Assembly (NCBI GenBank): GCA_963667015.2
Contig: CAXXJJ010000004.1
Span: 2,176,001 to 2,240,000 of the forward strand
DNA: 64,000 nucleotides
Reading direction: 5' to 3'
Origin: Desulfatiglandales bacterium
GTDB lineage: Bacteria > Desulfobacterota > DSM-4660 > Desulfatiglandales > HGW-15
A model generated the notes under the pieces. That model saw only the letters and a list, made by a program, of their open reading frames with translations. It was not told the origin of the DNA and ran no database searches. Shown here piece by piece: positions 49,759 to 60,508 of this stretch. The first letter of the stretch is position 1. Each line of letters starts with the position of its first letter. The translations under genes were made by a program, and so were the position numbers.

Positions 49759-50667
49759 TTATTCTCCTGTTTTACCGATCGGCCTTACAGACATAACTGC
49801 AGATCCTGCCTTACGCATGACTCTTTCTGTTGTTGCCCCTACAAACAATGAATCAACCAGGCTGTGTCCCCGAACACCCAGTATTACAAGATCAATATCC
49901 TGGATATCTGCAAATTTAACAAGTTCTTCATGGGCAACACCTGCAAGCAGCCGTGTTTTTGGTTTGCACCAGTTATATGCCTCTTCGGGTACCAGGCCTT
50001 CAAGCTGATCCTTTAACTTCTTATGAAGACTTTTTCCTATCTCTTCTCTGGCGCCCTGGACAGATTTAGGCAGATCTTTGTATGAAGGCGGTTCCAGAAC
50101 GTGGACAAGATAAAGATCGGACTGATATTCCTGAGCCAGGCCGAGTCCATATTCCAGTGCCAGGTTTGAATCATCAGAAAAATCACATCCAACCAGAATT
50201 CTGCCAAACTTTATTTCATGACCTTTTGTGAGGGCAGAACCGTGAACCGTAAGAAGAGGACATGGGAGACTGTGCATGACATGCTCTGTGACGGACCCAA
50301 GCACCAGTCGCTTAAGACCGGACCGGCCTCTTGTTGCGGTTATGGCCAGGTCCACCTCATTTTCCTGTGCCAGACGCGTAATCTCATCTGCAGCACTTCC
50401 GATTGTAACAAGGGGCTCCCAGTCCACATCATATTTCTTCATAATACGTTTCATACGTTTATGGGCATAGTCCTCCATGTGGGTTAACTGGGATTCAAAG
50501 GCATAGGTAGCTTCACCATACATAGTCGCCGAAGACAGATCAATTACGTGGCACAAGTACAGTTTTGCCTTATACTCCTTTGCAAGAGAGGCACCGTAAA
50601 ATACGGCATTATTTGCCAGGTCGGAAAAATCAGTAGCGCATATGATTTTATTAAGTTTTACTCTCAT
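49759..50667 (-). CDS. Tandem-domain universal stress protein
   Basis: CATDFS, GRSGLKRLVLGSVTE, GCDFS, VGATTERV. Confidence 0.93.
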   Translation of the reverse strand: MRVKLNKIICATDFSDLANNAVFYGASLAKEYKAKLYLCHVIDLSSATMYGEATYAFESQLTHMEDYAHKRMKRIMKKYDVDWEPLVTIGSAADEITRLAQENEVDLAITATRGRSGLKRLVLGSVTEHVMHSLPCPLLTVHGSALTKGHEIKFGRILVGCDFSDDSNLALEYGLGLAQEYQSDLYLVHVLEPPSYKDLPKSVQGAREEIGKSLHKKLKDQLEGLVPEEAYNWCKPKTRLLAGVAHEELVKFADIQDIDLVILGVRGHSLVDSLFVGATTERVMRKAGSAVMSVRPIGKTGE

Positions 50668-50920
50668 GCCCCTACCCTCCTTTTTATGTGTTAATCCAAT
50701 TATCAAAAAAAATAACAGCACCAAGTATCAGCAAAAGACAGTAACAAAAAGAGCCTTACAGAATTTTCACAATTAATTTAGGTTGATGGGATTTGTACCG
50801 ATTAATCAAAATAGTTATCAGAGATATCTTCAATAAGCAAGCTATAACTAAGATAAAGCATTTAAAATTTGATGCAATAAAATTTGAAAACATACCTCTG
50901 ATATCTTTAAATATATCGAG

Positions 50921-50970
50921 TTGACAAACGCTATAAAATTACATATTATGAGTAGAATTTATACTCATAA
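50921..50970 (+). promoter_or_regulatory. sigma70 promoter with an overlapping palindromic operator
   Basis: TTGACA-17-TATTAT; TTATGAGTA-N7-TACTCATAA at 50946-50970. Confidence 0.7.
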
Positions 50971-50983
50971 AGAAGGTAAAGAA

Positions 50984-51567
50984 ATGAATGATCTATTTTC
51001 AGGACTGATAGCCTCAAAAACAAGAATAAAGCTCCTTGTAAGGCTGTTTTTTAATCCTGATGCAAGGTCATATCTGAGAGAACTGGCGGGTGAATTCATT
51101 AAAAGGTAATGAAATGAATGATCTATTTTCAGGTATCAACCAACGCAGTCCGTGAAGAGCTTAACCAGCTAACTAACACCCAATTCCTGGAATCCGAAAA
51201 AGACGGCAGACAGGTATTTTACAAGGCAAATAAAAGCCATCCCTTATTCCCCGAACTGAGATCAATGGTAAACAAGGTAATGGGCCTGGACCAGGTAATA
51301 GACAGTATTGTAACCAGACTGGGAGACCTGGAACTTGCCTACCTGCTGGATGACTACGCCCAGGGCAAGGATACCGGCATCATGGACCTGCTTTTGGTAG
51401 GAAATATAGACGAATATCACCTTAACGATTTGAGCAGAAAAACTGAACGATACATAAAGAGAAAGATTAGATCTCTTGTACTAACCAGAGAAGAATACAA
51501 TGAGCTGAAACCGAAGCTTGAAAGCCGGCCTAAGCTGCTGATCTGGGAAGCGAAGAACAAAAATTAG
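50984..51567 (+). pseudogene. wHTH (ArsR-like) plus nucleotidyltransferase-like regulator split by a 32-nt insertion
   Basis: Removing 51098-51129 restores YLRELAGEF-QVSTNAVREELNQL. Confidence 0.8.
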
Positions 51568-51757
51568 ATCCAGAGCTCAAAATGAGCTTAATTATAATGC
51601 GATTATCTATTTACCTGCGAGACATAAATGTAACTCAAAGGGCGGAGCTGTATTTTTCGTCAAAAGAAAAGGCCGGAAATAGTAAAGAGAATAAAAGCCC
51701 TTGATCATAGCCATTAAGCTAGCTATAATTAAACCTAATATCATCAAGAGGTGAGTC

Positions 51758-52036
51758 ATGCAAGACCAGATATCAATCGCCGAGGCAAAAAATAAGTTGC
51801 CATCGATAATACATTATGTTGAGAAAGGCCCAAACATTCAACTGACAAGGCGGGGAAAGCCGGTAGCTGTACTATTATCTATCAGTGAGTATGAACGGCT
51901 CAGCCAAAAATCCACTAATTTCAGAAAAGCTCTCTTGAAATTCAGAGCGGGTATAAATATAGATGATACAGATATTACTGATGACGACTTTGAAGATTTG
52001 AGAGATACTGATTCAGGCCGAAAGATCGAGCTGTAA
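51758..52036 (+). CDS. Phd/YefM-family antitoxin
   Basis: SIAEAKNKL, LTRRGKPVAVL. Confidence 0.9.
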   Translation: MQDQISIAEAKNKLPSIIHYVEKGPNIQLTRRGKPVAVLLSISEYERLSQKSTNFRKALLKFRAGINIDDTDITDDDFEDLRDTDSGRKIEL

Positions 52037-52038
52037 AA

Positions 52039-52455
52039 ATGAAGTATCTCCTGGATACGAATGTTCTTTCAGAGGCGGTAAAAACACATCCTGATAAATC
52101 AGTTATGGATATGCTTCAAAAAAATGCCCGAGAGATTGCTACAGCATCACTGGTGTGGCATGAACTTCAATACGGATACAGGCGCCTCCCTAAATCCAGA
52201 AAAAAAGATATCATTGCAGACTTTTTAAATGATGTTGTATTGCCAGCTATCCCAATTCTACCCTATGATGATAGAGCGGCTGAATTACATGCCGAAGAGC
52301 GTTCAAGACTATCATTAAGTGGAATTACCCTGCCCTTTGTTGATGGTCAAATCGCATCAATAGCTGTTGTCAATAATTTAATACTTGTCACAAGAAACAT
52401 CACAGATTTTAAGAAATTTAAAAACATAAAACTTGAAAACTGGCATAATCCCTAA
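52039..52455 (+). CDS. vapC: VapC PIN-domain toxin
   Basis: YLLDTNVLSE, DGQIASIA, LVTRNITDF. Confidence 0.92.
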   Translation: MKYLLDTNVLSEAVKTHPDKSVMDMLQKNAREIATASLVWHELQYGYRRLPKSRKKDIIADFLNDVVLPAIPILPYDDRAAELHAEERSRLSLSGITLPFVDGQIASIAVVNNLILVTRNITDFKKFKNIKLENWHNP

Positions 52456-52522
52456 AAGGCAGAAATAGAAAATAAATCTTTACAACAAACTGTTCTTATC
52501 ATGAAAAAGCAACCGTATCGAT

Positions 52523-52723
52523 ATGAGAATTAATATAAACCTCGATGACAATCTGGTAAAAGAAGCCTTTAAATACACAGGGGCAAAAACAAAAAAAGAG
52601 CTTATCGATATCGCATTAAAAGAACTCGTTGAAACCCGTAAGCGATTGAACCTTCTAGACTTAGCCGGAAAAATCAAATTTGTTGAGAATTATGATCATA
52701 AGGCATTACGGGAAGGAAAATAG
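52523..52723 (+). CDS. vapB: VapB-family antitoxin
   Basis: MRININLDDNL, TKKELIDIAL. Confidence 0.85.
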   Translation: MRININLDDNLVKEAFKYTGAKTKKELIDIALKELVETRKRLNLLDLAGKIKFVENYDHKALREGK

Positions 52724-52727
52724 ATAA

Positions 52728-53122
52728 ATGGTTTTAGTTGATACCTCGGTTTTAATTGATTTTTTAAAGGCGATGTAAATAAACCATGCCGGAAGTTCCA
52801 CGAAGTGCTTGAGAATGCTATTCCATTTGGAATTACATCACAGATACTCCAGGAAGTCCTCCAGGGAGCAAAAAGCCCAAACGAATTCCAAAAATTAAAA
52901 AGGTATCTGGAATTCCAACAATTTTTTCACCCCAAATATATGGTTGAAAGCTATATACAAGCCTCTAAGATATACTTTGATTGCCGAAAAAAGGGAATCA
53001 CCATTAGAAGCACCATTGATTGCCTGATCGCCCAAATCGCTATGGAAAATAATCTTTCGTTGTTACACAACGACAACGATTTTAGTGAAATGGCGAAAGT
53101 TATACCATTAAAACAATATTGA
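52728..53122 (+). pseudogene. vapC: Second VapC toxin, frameshifted at TTTTTTAAAG (52760-52769)
   Basis: MVLVDTSVLIDF in one frame; QEVLQG and IRSTIDCLIA..LLHNDNDF in the -1 frame. Confidence 0.85.
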
Positions 53123-53210
53123 TTTTCGGACACTATAAAAGACTTATCAAAAATATATATCACAAGATAATTCCCCAGCCGGTCCCATTAACAAATTAAC
53201 ATCCTCAGAA

Positions 53211-54073
53211 ATGATAAATAATTCAAAAGAACATATAACCATCTACACTCCTGAATCTACAATACGGCACCCACTTCGCTTGTTCCAAGATATGTTCAGA
53301 GATCTGTTTACAGGTCGTGAACTTGCATGGAGGCTTACAGTAAGAGACATAAGCGCGCAGTATCGTCAAACAGCATTGGGGCTTCTCTGGGCTTTTATAC
53401 TGCCTCTGGCACATACGATTACATGGATATTTCTAAGCGGCTCAGGAATAGTGAAGGTATCCGAGACACAGACCTTCCCTATCCTGTATACGTGTTTTCA
53501 GGCACAATGTTATGGGCCATATTTATGGATGCGGTGAATGCCCCTCTTAAACAGACAACAAACGCAAAACAGATGCTGGCAAAAATAAATTTTCCTAGGG
53601 AGGCGCTTGTAGTTTCCGGGATCTATCAGACAATATTTAATGGAATAATAAAAATTACCCTGCTTATGATGGTATTGATAATCTTCGGCATATACCCTGG
53701 GTGGTCTTTCTTATGGTTCCCGATTGGCATTATTTCACTGATACTTGCAGGCACTGCACTGGGCCTGTTGGTTACCCCGGTTGGTTTATTGTATACAGAT
53801 ATAGGTAAATCACTCCCTCTTCTAATGCAGTTTCTTATGTACCTGACCCCGGTCGTATTTCCCATGCCACAGGGTGGATTTGCAGCGGCCCTCTACCGGT
53901 TAAATCCTCTGACACCCCTGATCATGTCCACGCGAGGGTGGCTTACTGGTACAGCTATAGAATCCTTTGGGTATTATATCCTTGTGAACGGTGCAGCACT
54001 TCTCCTGCTCATGATAGTCTGGATTGTATATCGGGCTGCCATGCCGATACTAATTGAGAGGATGAGCGCGTAA
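53211..54073 (+). pseudogene. wzm: Polysaccharide ABC permease, frameshifted by an extra CA at about 53466-53470
   Basis: RDISAQYRQTALGLLW in one frame and DLPYPVY..YLTPVVF..LNPL in another; deleting 2 nt joins them. Confidence 0.85.
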
Positions 54074-54075
54074 AA

Positions 54076-55293
54076 ATGAACGATACGCTTGTAAAAGTCG
54101 AAAACGTCTCCAAAAAATTCTGCCGGAGCCTGAAAAAATCACTCTGGTACGGCATGAAAGACCTGGGAAGTGAACTGATAGGCCGGACACATGGAGGAAA
54201 TGACGATCTGCGTCCCGATGAATTCTGGGCAGTTAATGATGTAAGTTTTGAACTAAAACGAGGAGAATGTCTTGGATTAATCGGTCGAAACGGTGCAGGT
54301 AAAACAACTCTTCTTAAAATGCTGAACGGTCTGATAAAGCCCGATAAAGGCAGAATTGAAATGAGAGGCAGAGTAGGAGCACTCATCGCTTTAGGTGCCG
54401 GATTTAACCCAATTTTGACCGGCCGTGAAAATATCCATGTAAATGCATCAGTTTTAGGATTAAAAAAGAGGGAGATTGATGCCAGGTTTGATGAAATAGT
54501 TGAATTCGCAGAACTTGATGAATTCATCGATACGCCTGTCCAGAACTACAGTTCTGGAATGCAGGTCAGACTGGGTTTTGCTGTCGCAACGACTCTTGAA
54601 CCTGATATACTTCTGGTTGATGAGGTATTATCGGTCGGTGACCTGGGCTTTGTATTAAAGTGTTTAAACCGTATAGATAAAATATTGAAAAACACATGCA
54701 TAGTATTTGTTTCTCATCGTATGCCTCAGGTTGCCCGAATTAGTGATCAAATCATTTTACTAAACGGTGGTAAAATGGTCTATCATGACTCAGATGTTTC
54801 CGGGGGCATAAATAAATACTACTCCATGGTTCAAACAAAAACAGGGGCTCTTATTGATTCTGATGAAGCAAAGTTAACCAGTATAGAACTCGAATCAGGA
54901 TCAAAAAAAGCAATACCGGATAAAATTTTTACTGTTACTTATGGAGAAGAATTGAAAATCATTCTTGACATCAAACTTGATATTTCAATTGACAACCCTC
55001 ACCTCTATATGGCTTTTCATGATAGAGAGCAAAGAAATTTTGCCGAAATATTCAGTTCCACCGAAGACTTTAGCATAAAAAATAAAACGGGCCGCATTCT
55101 AATTGAAGCAACTATTCAAAACATTAACTTCTCTCAAGGAATATATTCAATCGCTGTTGGTTTAACTGAAAAAAAAGGCGGGAAAGTGCTTTTCAGGCAC
55201 AACACAGCAGCCTACTTTCAGATTAAGGGAGCACAGCAGGGTTGGGCGCCTGTACAAATTAACCCTTCATGGAAACAGCACCATATACAATAA
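54076..55293 (+). CDS. wzt: Polysaccharide ABC ATPase with C-terminal Wzt_C domain
   Basis: GRNGAGKTT, YSSGMQVRLGF, VDEVLSVGD. Confidence 0.93.
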   Translation: MNDTLVKVENVSKKFCRSLKKSLWYGMKDLGSELIGRTHGGNDDLRPDEFWAVNDVSFELKRGECLGLIGRNGAGKTTLLKMLNGLIKPDKGRIEMRGRVGALIALGAGFNPILTGRENIHVNASVLGLKKREIDARFDEIVEFAELDEFIDTPVQNYSSGMQVRLGFAVATTLEPDILLVDEVLSVGDLGFVLKCLNRIDKILKNTCIVFVSHRMPQVARISDQIILLNGGKMVYHDSDVSGGINKYYSMVQTKTGALIDSDEAKLTSIELESGSKKAIPDKIFTVTYGEELKIILDIKLDISIDNPHLYMAFHDREQRNFAEIFSSTEDFSIKNKTGRILIEATIQNINFSQGIYSIAVGLTEKKGGKVLFRHNTAAYFQIKGAQQGWAPVQINPSWKQHHIQ

Positions 55294-55315
55294 CAGCGGG
55301 ACAGGGTAAATAGCT

Positions 55316-56425
55316 ATGAACAAAAAAATTTATATCACAAAGCCTTATCTTCCTCCATTAAGCGAGTTTATTCCATACCTTGAGCAGATTTGGAACAATA
55401 AACAACTAACAAATATGGGACCATTCCATAAAGATTTTGAAAAAGCTCTCTCAGATTTTCTGGGAGTTGATCATCTATCATTATTTACAAACGGTACACT
55501 CGCACTTGTAACAGCACTTCAGTCTCTTAAGATAAAAGGGGAAGTAATAACAACTCCATATTCTTTTGTCGCGACATCTCATTCACTTTTATGGAACGAT
55601 ATTAAACCTGTCTTTGTTGATATAGATCCTGACACTCTAAATATTGACCCGAACCTAATCGAAGACGCTATTACACCACAAACAACCGCCATTTTGCCTG
55701 TACATATTTATGGCAACCCTTGTGATGTTGAGGCCATCCAAAATATTGCAGACACTTATGGCTTAAAAGTCATATATGATGCTGCACATGCATTTGGTGT
55801 CAAACATACTAAAAAAAATATTTTCAAATTTGGAGACCTTTCTATTTTAAGTTTTCATGCCACAAAAGTATTTAATACTTTTGAAGGTGGAGCAATTATC
55901 TGCCCTGATGCAAAAACTAAAAAAAGAATAGACTATTTAAAAAATTTTGGTTTCGCAGGAGAGACAACTGTAACAGCTCCTGGGTTAAACGGGAAAATGA
56001 ACGAATTTCAAGCAGCTCTTGGGCTTACACAATTAACGCATATCGATCAGGTAATAGAGCTTCGAAAAAAAATAGATGAAAAGTACCGTAAGGGATTAAA
56101 AAATACAAAAGGCATACGACTCCTATCCCCTCCTAAAGATTGCCTGTCGAACTATTCTTATTTTCCGATTCTAGTTGAGATAGAGTATCCCATAACTAGG
56201 GATGAACTTTATCAAAAACTAAGAGATAGCGGGATATTTGTTCGCAGGTATTTTTACCCTTTAATCAGCGAATTTCCTATGTACAGAGGCTTGCCGTCGG
56301 CAAATTCAATTCAATTACAGGTGGCTGAATCAATATCCAGAAAAATTCTTTGTCTTCCGATATATCCTGATCTTGAAATGAATATGGTGGACATGATTAT
56401 CGGACAAATTACAAGTGCTGGATAA
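55316..56425 (+). CDS. DegT/DnrJ aminotransferase, VioA-like
   Basis: IYITKPYLPPL, YDAAHAF, SFHATKVFNTFEGG, RRYFYP. Confidence 0.88.
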   Translation: MNKKIYITKPYLPPLSEFIPYLEQIWNNKQLTNMGPFHKDFEKALSDFLGVDHLSLFTNGTLALVTALQSLKIKGEVITTPYSFVATSHSLLWNDIKPVFVDIDPDTLNIDPNLIEDAITPQTTAILPVHIYGNPCDVEAIQNIADTYGLKVIYDAAHAFGVKHTKKNIFKFGDLSILSFHATKVFNTFEGGAIICPDAKTKKRIDYLKNFGFAGETTVTAPGLNGKMNEFQAALGLTQLTHIDQVIELRKKIDEKYRKGLKNTKGIRLLSPPKDCLSNYSYFPILVEIEYPITRDELYQKLRDSGIFVRRYFYPLISEFPMYRGLPSANSIQLQVAESISRKILCLPIYPDLEMNMVDMIIGQITSAG

Positions 56426-56452
56426 AAAACATAATCATAGAGAGAAGGAATA

Positions 56453-56917
56453 ATGGAAGAAGATAAGTCATATTTGAGATTTTTAGATGATTTTAAAGTT
56501 GGTCAAATATATAAACATTATCCGGGAAAAACAATAACTGAAAGCGATAATAATCTATTTTGCCTTTTAACTCTAAACCATCATCCCTTACACAGCGACA
56601 TTGAATTTGCGAAAAAAAACCAACATGGGAGAATATTAGTTGTTGGCACATATGTATTAAGCCTTGTCATAGGCATGTCAGTTCCTCATATTTCCGGTGC
56701 AGCGATTGCAAATTTGGAATATGAAAGTGTTGTTCATAATAACCCTGTGTTTATAGGTGATACCATATATGCGGAGTCCATAATATTGGATGTGAGGGAA
56801 TCTAAAAACAGATCTGATCGTGGTATCCTTTATGTTGAGACTACAGCGTTTAATCAAAATATGGAAAATGTTATTACCCTTAGAAGAAAGGTACTTTTAC
56901 CTAAAAATATTACATAA
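56453..56917 (+). CDS. MaoC-family hydratase/dehydratase
   Basis: GKTITESDN, NHHPLHSD, PVFIGDT. Confidence 0.88.
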   Translation: MEEDKSYLRFLDDFKVGQIYKHYPGKTITESDNNLFCLLTLNHHPLHSDIEFAKKNQHGRILVVGTYVLSLVIGMSVPHISGAAIANLEYESVVHNNPVFIGDTIYAESIILDVRESKNRSDRGILYVETTAFNQNMENVITLRRKVLLPKNIT

Positions 56918-56960
56918 AATACTTTCTAACGATAATAACCCCTTAAATAATGGAGTTATA

Positions 56961-57881
56961 ATGAATAAACCATATAAAGGTCCATGGATAATCAGATCCT
57001 TTTTATTTGTGCCCGGTCATATTGAGAAGATGTTAACGAAGGCCAGTAAATCAGATGCAGATTGCGTAGCATTTTGCCTTGAGGATGCTGTTCCTATGGA
57101 AGAAAAAGAAAACGCCCGGACTACCGTTCGTAATGTATTAGAGGGAGGTTTATTCAATAATAAACCGACTTTTGTGAGGATCAATCCAATTGATTCCGGG
57201 CTAACTTTAAGAGACCTTGAGGGGGTAGCTTGTAAAAATTTAGATGGTTTTGTCTATCCAATGGCATATACTCCTGATGATATTAAAAGTTTTGACGCAC
57301 AATTAAGCTTAATGGAAAACCAGCTACAATTAAAAAAAGGACATTTTTCGATTATAGTGCTAATTGAAACTCCTCTTGCTGTTTTGAAAGCCTATGAAAT
57401 AGCAAAAGCATCGGAAAGAGTAGTAGGTCTTCTTTTTGGGTGCGAAGACTATATGGCAGAAATGGAAAGCCGATATTCCAAAGAAGAACTCTCTCTCTTT
57501 ACTCCACGAAGCATGGTTGCAATGGCAGCACGAGCAGCTGGAGTTGTGCCTATTGATACACCTTATGTGAAAGTTCATGATCTAGTTGGATTAAAACGTT
57601 TTACATCTTTGGGGCGTGACCTAGGTATGGCTGGAATGCTTGTGATGTCACCTAAGCAGATTCAAATCGTCAATAAATGCTACACCCCTGGCAAAAAAGA
57701 AATTGAAATCGCTACTGAAATAGTTCAAGCTGCTAATAATGCAAAAAAAGCCGGAAAAGGTATCGTGATAGTTAAAGGAAATTTCATTTCTCCACCCTCT
57801 TTAAAGCAAGCTGAAAAACTTTTAGAACGTTTCGCAGTGATTAAAAATTTTGAGGAAGTGCGTAAACAGTACTCTGCATAA
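56961..57881 (+). CDS. CitE/malyl-CoA lyase-family CoA-ester lyase
   Basis: RSFLFVPG, LEDAV, FVRIN, LIETP, FGCEDY. Confidence 0.88.
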   Translation: MNKPYKGPWIIRSFLFVPGHIEKMLTKASKSDADCVAFCLEDAVPMEEKENARTTVRNVLEGGLFNNKPTFVRINPIDSGLTLRDLEGVACKNLDGFVYPMAYTPDDIKSFDAQLSLMENQLQLKKGHFSIIVLIETPLAVLKAYEIAKASERVVGLLFGCEDYMAEMESRYSKEELSLFTPRSMVAMAARAAGVVPIDTPYVKVHDLVGLKRFTSLGRDLGMAGMLVMSPKQIQIVNKCYTPGKKEIEIATEIVQAANNAKKAGKGIVIVKGNFISPPSLKQAEKLLERFAVIKNFEEVRKQYSA

Positions 57882-57908
57882 TATTTCACCCTTGATAGAG
57901 ATAAAAAT

Positions 57909-58568
57909 ATGGCAAAGAAAATAGTAATGTTAGGTGGACGTGGTGTAGGTATGATAGCCTCTACTATAATCGATAAGCTTAATGAATATACACTGGTTGG
58001 ATTTCTAAACGATATCGTACCCGAAGGTCAAAAAGTCGGGAAGTATAAAAAAATAGAGGTGTTAGGAAAGTCGGAAGACATTATTAATTTTCTGGACGAC
58101 CATGAAGTCTATTTTTTTATAGCATATTTAGGAATGCTGCAGAAGAGCAATATCTATGATAAGCTTAAAAAATTGAAAATCCCATCTGACAGGTTTGTTA
58201 ACTTAATTGACCCATCAGCAATAATCCCATATGAATACTGCTCTTTAGGCACAGGAATTTTAGCATCCCCGCTGGTGCAGTTAAGTCCAGACACAACAAT
58301 TAAAGATAACTGCATTCTACTTCCAAACTCTTTTATCGGTCATGATTCGACAATTGATGAATTCGTATCAATTGCAAATAATGCAACTGTTGGAGGTAAT
58401 GTGCATGTAAAAAATGGCGTGCATATAGGAACGAATGCCAGCATAAGAGAAAATATTACAATTGGTGAGTTCAGCATTATTGGCATGGGTTCAGTTGTTT
58501 TAAATGATGTACCACCTAAATCAGTTGTTGCAGGGAACCCAGCAAAAATAATAAGAAGTTTGAATTGA
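57909..58568 (+). CDS. NeuD/PglD/VioB-type sugar N-acyltransferase
   Basis: Hexapeptide repeats, IGHDS, AGNPAK. Confidence 0.88.
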   Translation: MAKKIVMLGGRGVGMIASTIIDKLNEYTLVGFLNDIVPEGQKVGKYKKIEVLGKSEDIINFLDDHEVYFFIAYLGMLQKSNIYDKLKKLKIPSDRFVNLIDPSAIIPYEYCSLGTGILASPLVQLSPDTTIKDNCILLPNSFIGHDSTIDEFVSIANNATVGGNVHVKNGVHIGTNASIRENITIGEFSIIGMGSVVLNDVPPKSVVAGNPAKIIRSLN

Positions 58569-58604
58569 TACGACTAAACTAAATACATAAAAACCTAATT
58601 AACA

Positions 58605-59558
58605 ATGAAATCAGAAGAGGAAATTTCAAAGCTCTGGGGAAATAGCCATGAGCCAATGGTCTCAATTATTTGCCCGGCATATAATCATGAGAGGTTTATC
58701 GATCAGACATTAAAGGGTTTTATAAATCAGGTTACAGACTTCCCTTTTGAGATTATTTTACATGATGATGCATCAACGGACAGGACGGCCTCGATCATCG
58801 CTGATTACGAAAAGAAATATCCTAAGATTATTAAATGTATTTTTCAAAAAGAAAATCAATTTTCAAAAGGTAGAAAAATTACTCCGATACTTTTACAGCA
58901 TGCCATGGCGAAATACATTGCTTTCTGTGAAGGCGATGATTACTGGACGGATCCTTATAAACTTAAAAAGCAGATAGAATTTTTGGAAACACATCCGGAT
59001 TTTTCGATGTGCTGCACAAATTTCAGCGTTATAGATACTGATGGAAATATTATTTACAATGAGGGTTGGCATGGTCGTAAAGTAAAAAATGCAGTTATTA
59101 CCCATAAAATGATATTGGAGTCCTATAATCCGAAAACCTTAACCTCGGTAATAAGGCGAAATGCTTTACCAAATTCTTGGCCTATAGAATATTATGCCTC
59201 TCCTAATGGTGATAATTTTATTTTTGCAGTGGCTACCATAGGAGGTGATGCAGCTTACTTAGACGCGATTACAGGTTGTTATCGTAAACATTCGGATGGA
59301 ATATGGTCATCAAAAGATATAGATATCCAATATAAGATGCAACTTATTACCTGCAAATATTTAAAAAAATATTTCAACAATAAACAAGACAAACAGGCTA
59401 TGAATCAAAGGATTATAAGAATAGGGCAAAACCTGCTTATTACCTACATTCAAAAAAATAATTTAAAAGAAATATTCTTTCTCTCGATTAAACTTTCATT
59501 AAATGGTTTTAAAACGTTATGGCAAGCATGGCATAAAGCATTAAAAACTCTTCGCTAA
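58605..59558 (+). CDS. Glycosyltransferase family 2
   Basis: AYNHE, HDDASTD, CEGDDYW. Confidence 0.9.
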   Translation: MKSEEEISKLWGNSHEPMVSIICPAYNHERFIDQTLKGFINQVTDFPFEIILHDDASTDRTASIIADYEKKYPKIIKCIFQKENQFSKGRKITPILLQHAMAKYIAFCEGDDYWTDPYKLKKQIEFLETHPDFSMCCTNFSVIDTDGNIIYNEGWHGRKVKNAVITHKMILESYNPKTLTSVIRRNALPNSWPIEYYASPNGDNFIFAVATIGGDAAYLDAITGCYRKHSDGIWSSKDIDIQYKMQLITCKYLKKYFNNKQDKQAMNQRIIRIGQNLLITYIQKNNLKEIFFLSIKLSLNGFKTLWQAWHKALKTLR

Positions 59559-59607
59559 TTCTCTTATTACCAATATAACTAAATTGATTCAAGGTATGAG
59601 GTTTCCT

Positions 59608-60507
59608 ATGGATAAAAATGATATTTTACTTCCTTTTGTTTCTATAATTGTCCCTGTATATAACAATCCAATTGATATAAAATCATGTATTATATCTCTC
59701 CTTGAACAAACATATGATAAAAATTTGTATGAAATAATAATTGTTGATAATGGCTCTAGTGATAATACAAAGACTATCATCAAAAAATATCCTGTAATTT
59801 ATCTAAAAGAAAATGATATCCAAAGCTCCTATGCTGCTCGAAATAAAGGGATAAAATATGCTCGTGGGAAAATCATTGCATTTACAGATTCGGATTGCAC
59901 ACCACATCCGGATTGGTTAAAGGAGGGAATTAAAAATATGAATCAGCAAAATGCTGATTTATGTGGTGGGCAGGTCTGTTTTTCTTACTCTCCAAATCCG
60001 ACAGGTGCAGAAATATGGGATTCATTAACCAATATGCAGATTGAGCAGAACATTAATGAAAGGAGCATAGCAAAGACCGCCAATTTATTTGTGCGGTCCA
60101 ATGTCTTCTCAAAAATCGGATATTTCCCTTACAACGTAAAATCGGGAGGTGATATCATTTTTACAAAAAGGGCGACTTCATCAGGACATAAATTAATCTA
60201 TGCTTCCTCAGCTAAGATTGACCACCCCACAAGAAAATTATTCGATTTATTAAAAAAACAGTTCCGGGTGGGTATAGGACAATCGGACATACTTTTTCAG
60301 CTGAAATTATCAAAATCCGATTTCTTGAACAGGTTGGCCTATAGAGCTTTTCCTCCCCCTATATCTCCTATTCGAAGGTTATTAAAAAAAAGTTATCTTT
60401 ATACAACAGAATTAAGGCTGATTCGTGTTTGGCTCGCGAGCTATATTTGCAGAATGGTAACAGGAGCAGGAAATATCACAGCAATGATCAAAAGAAGGAT
60501 TTCATAA
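59608..60507 (+). CDS. Glycosyltransferase family 2
   Basis: IVPVYN, VDNGSSD, ARNKG, FTDSD. Confidence 0.9.
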   Translation: MDKNDILLPFVSIIVPVYNNPIDIKSCIISLLEQTYDKNLYEIIIVDNGSSDNTKTIIKKYPVIYLKENDIQSSYAARNKGIKYARGKIIAFTDSDCTPHPDWLKEGIKNMNQQNADLCGGQVCFSYSPNPTGAEIWDSLTNMQIEQNINERSIAKTANLFVRSNVFSKIGYFPYNVKSGGDIIFTKRATSSGHKLIYASSAKIDHPTRKLFDLLKKQFRVGIGQSDILFQLKLSKSDFLNRLAYRAFPPPISPIRRLLKKSYLYTTELRLIRVWLASYICRMVTGAGNITAMIKRRIS

Positions 60508-60508
60508 G

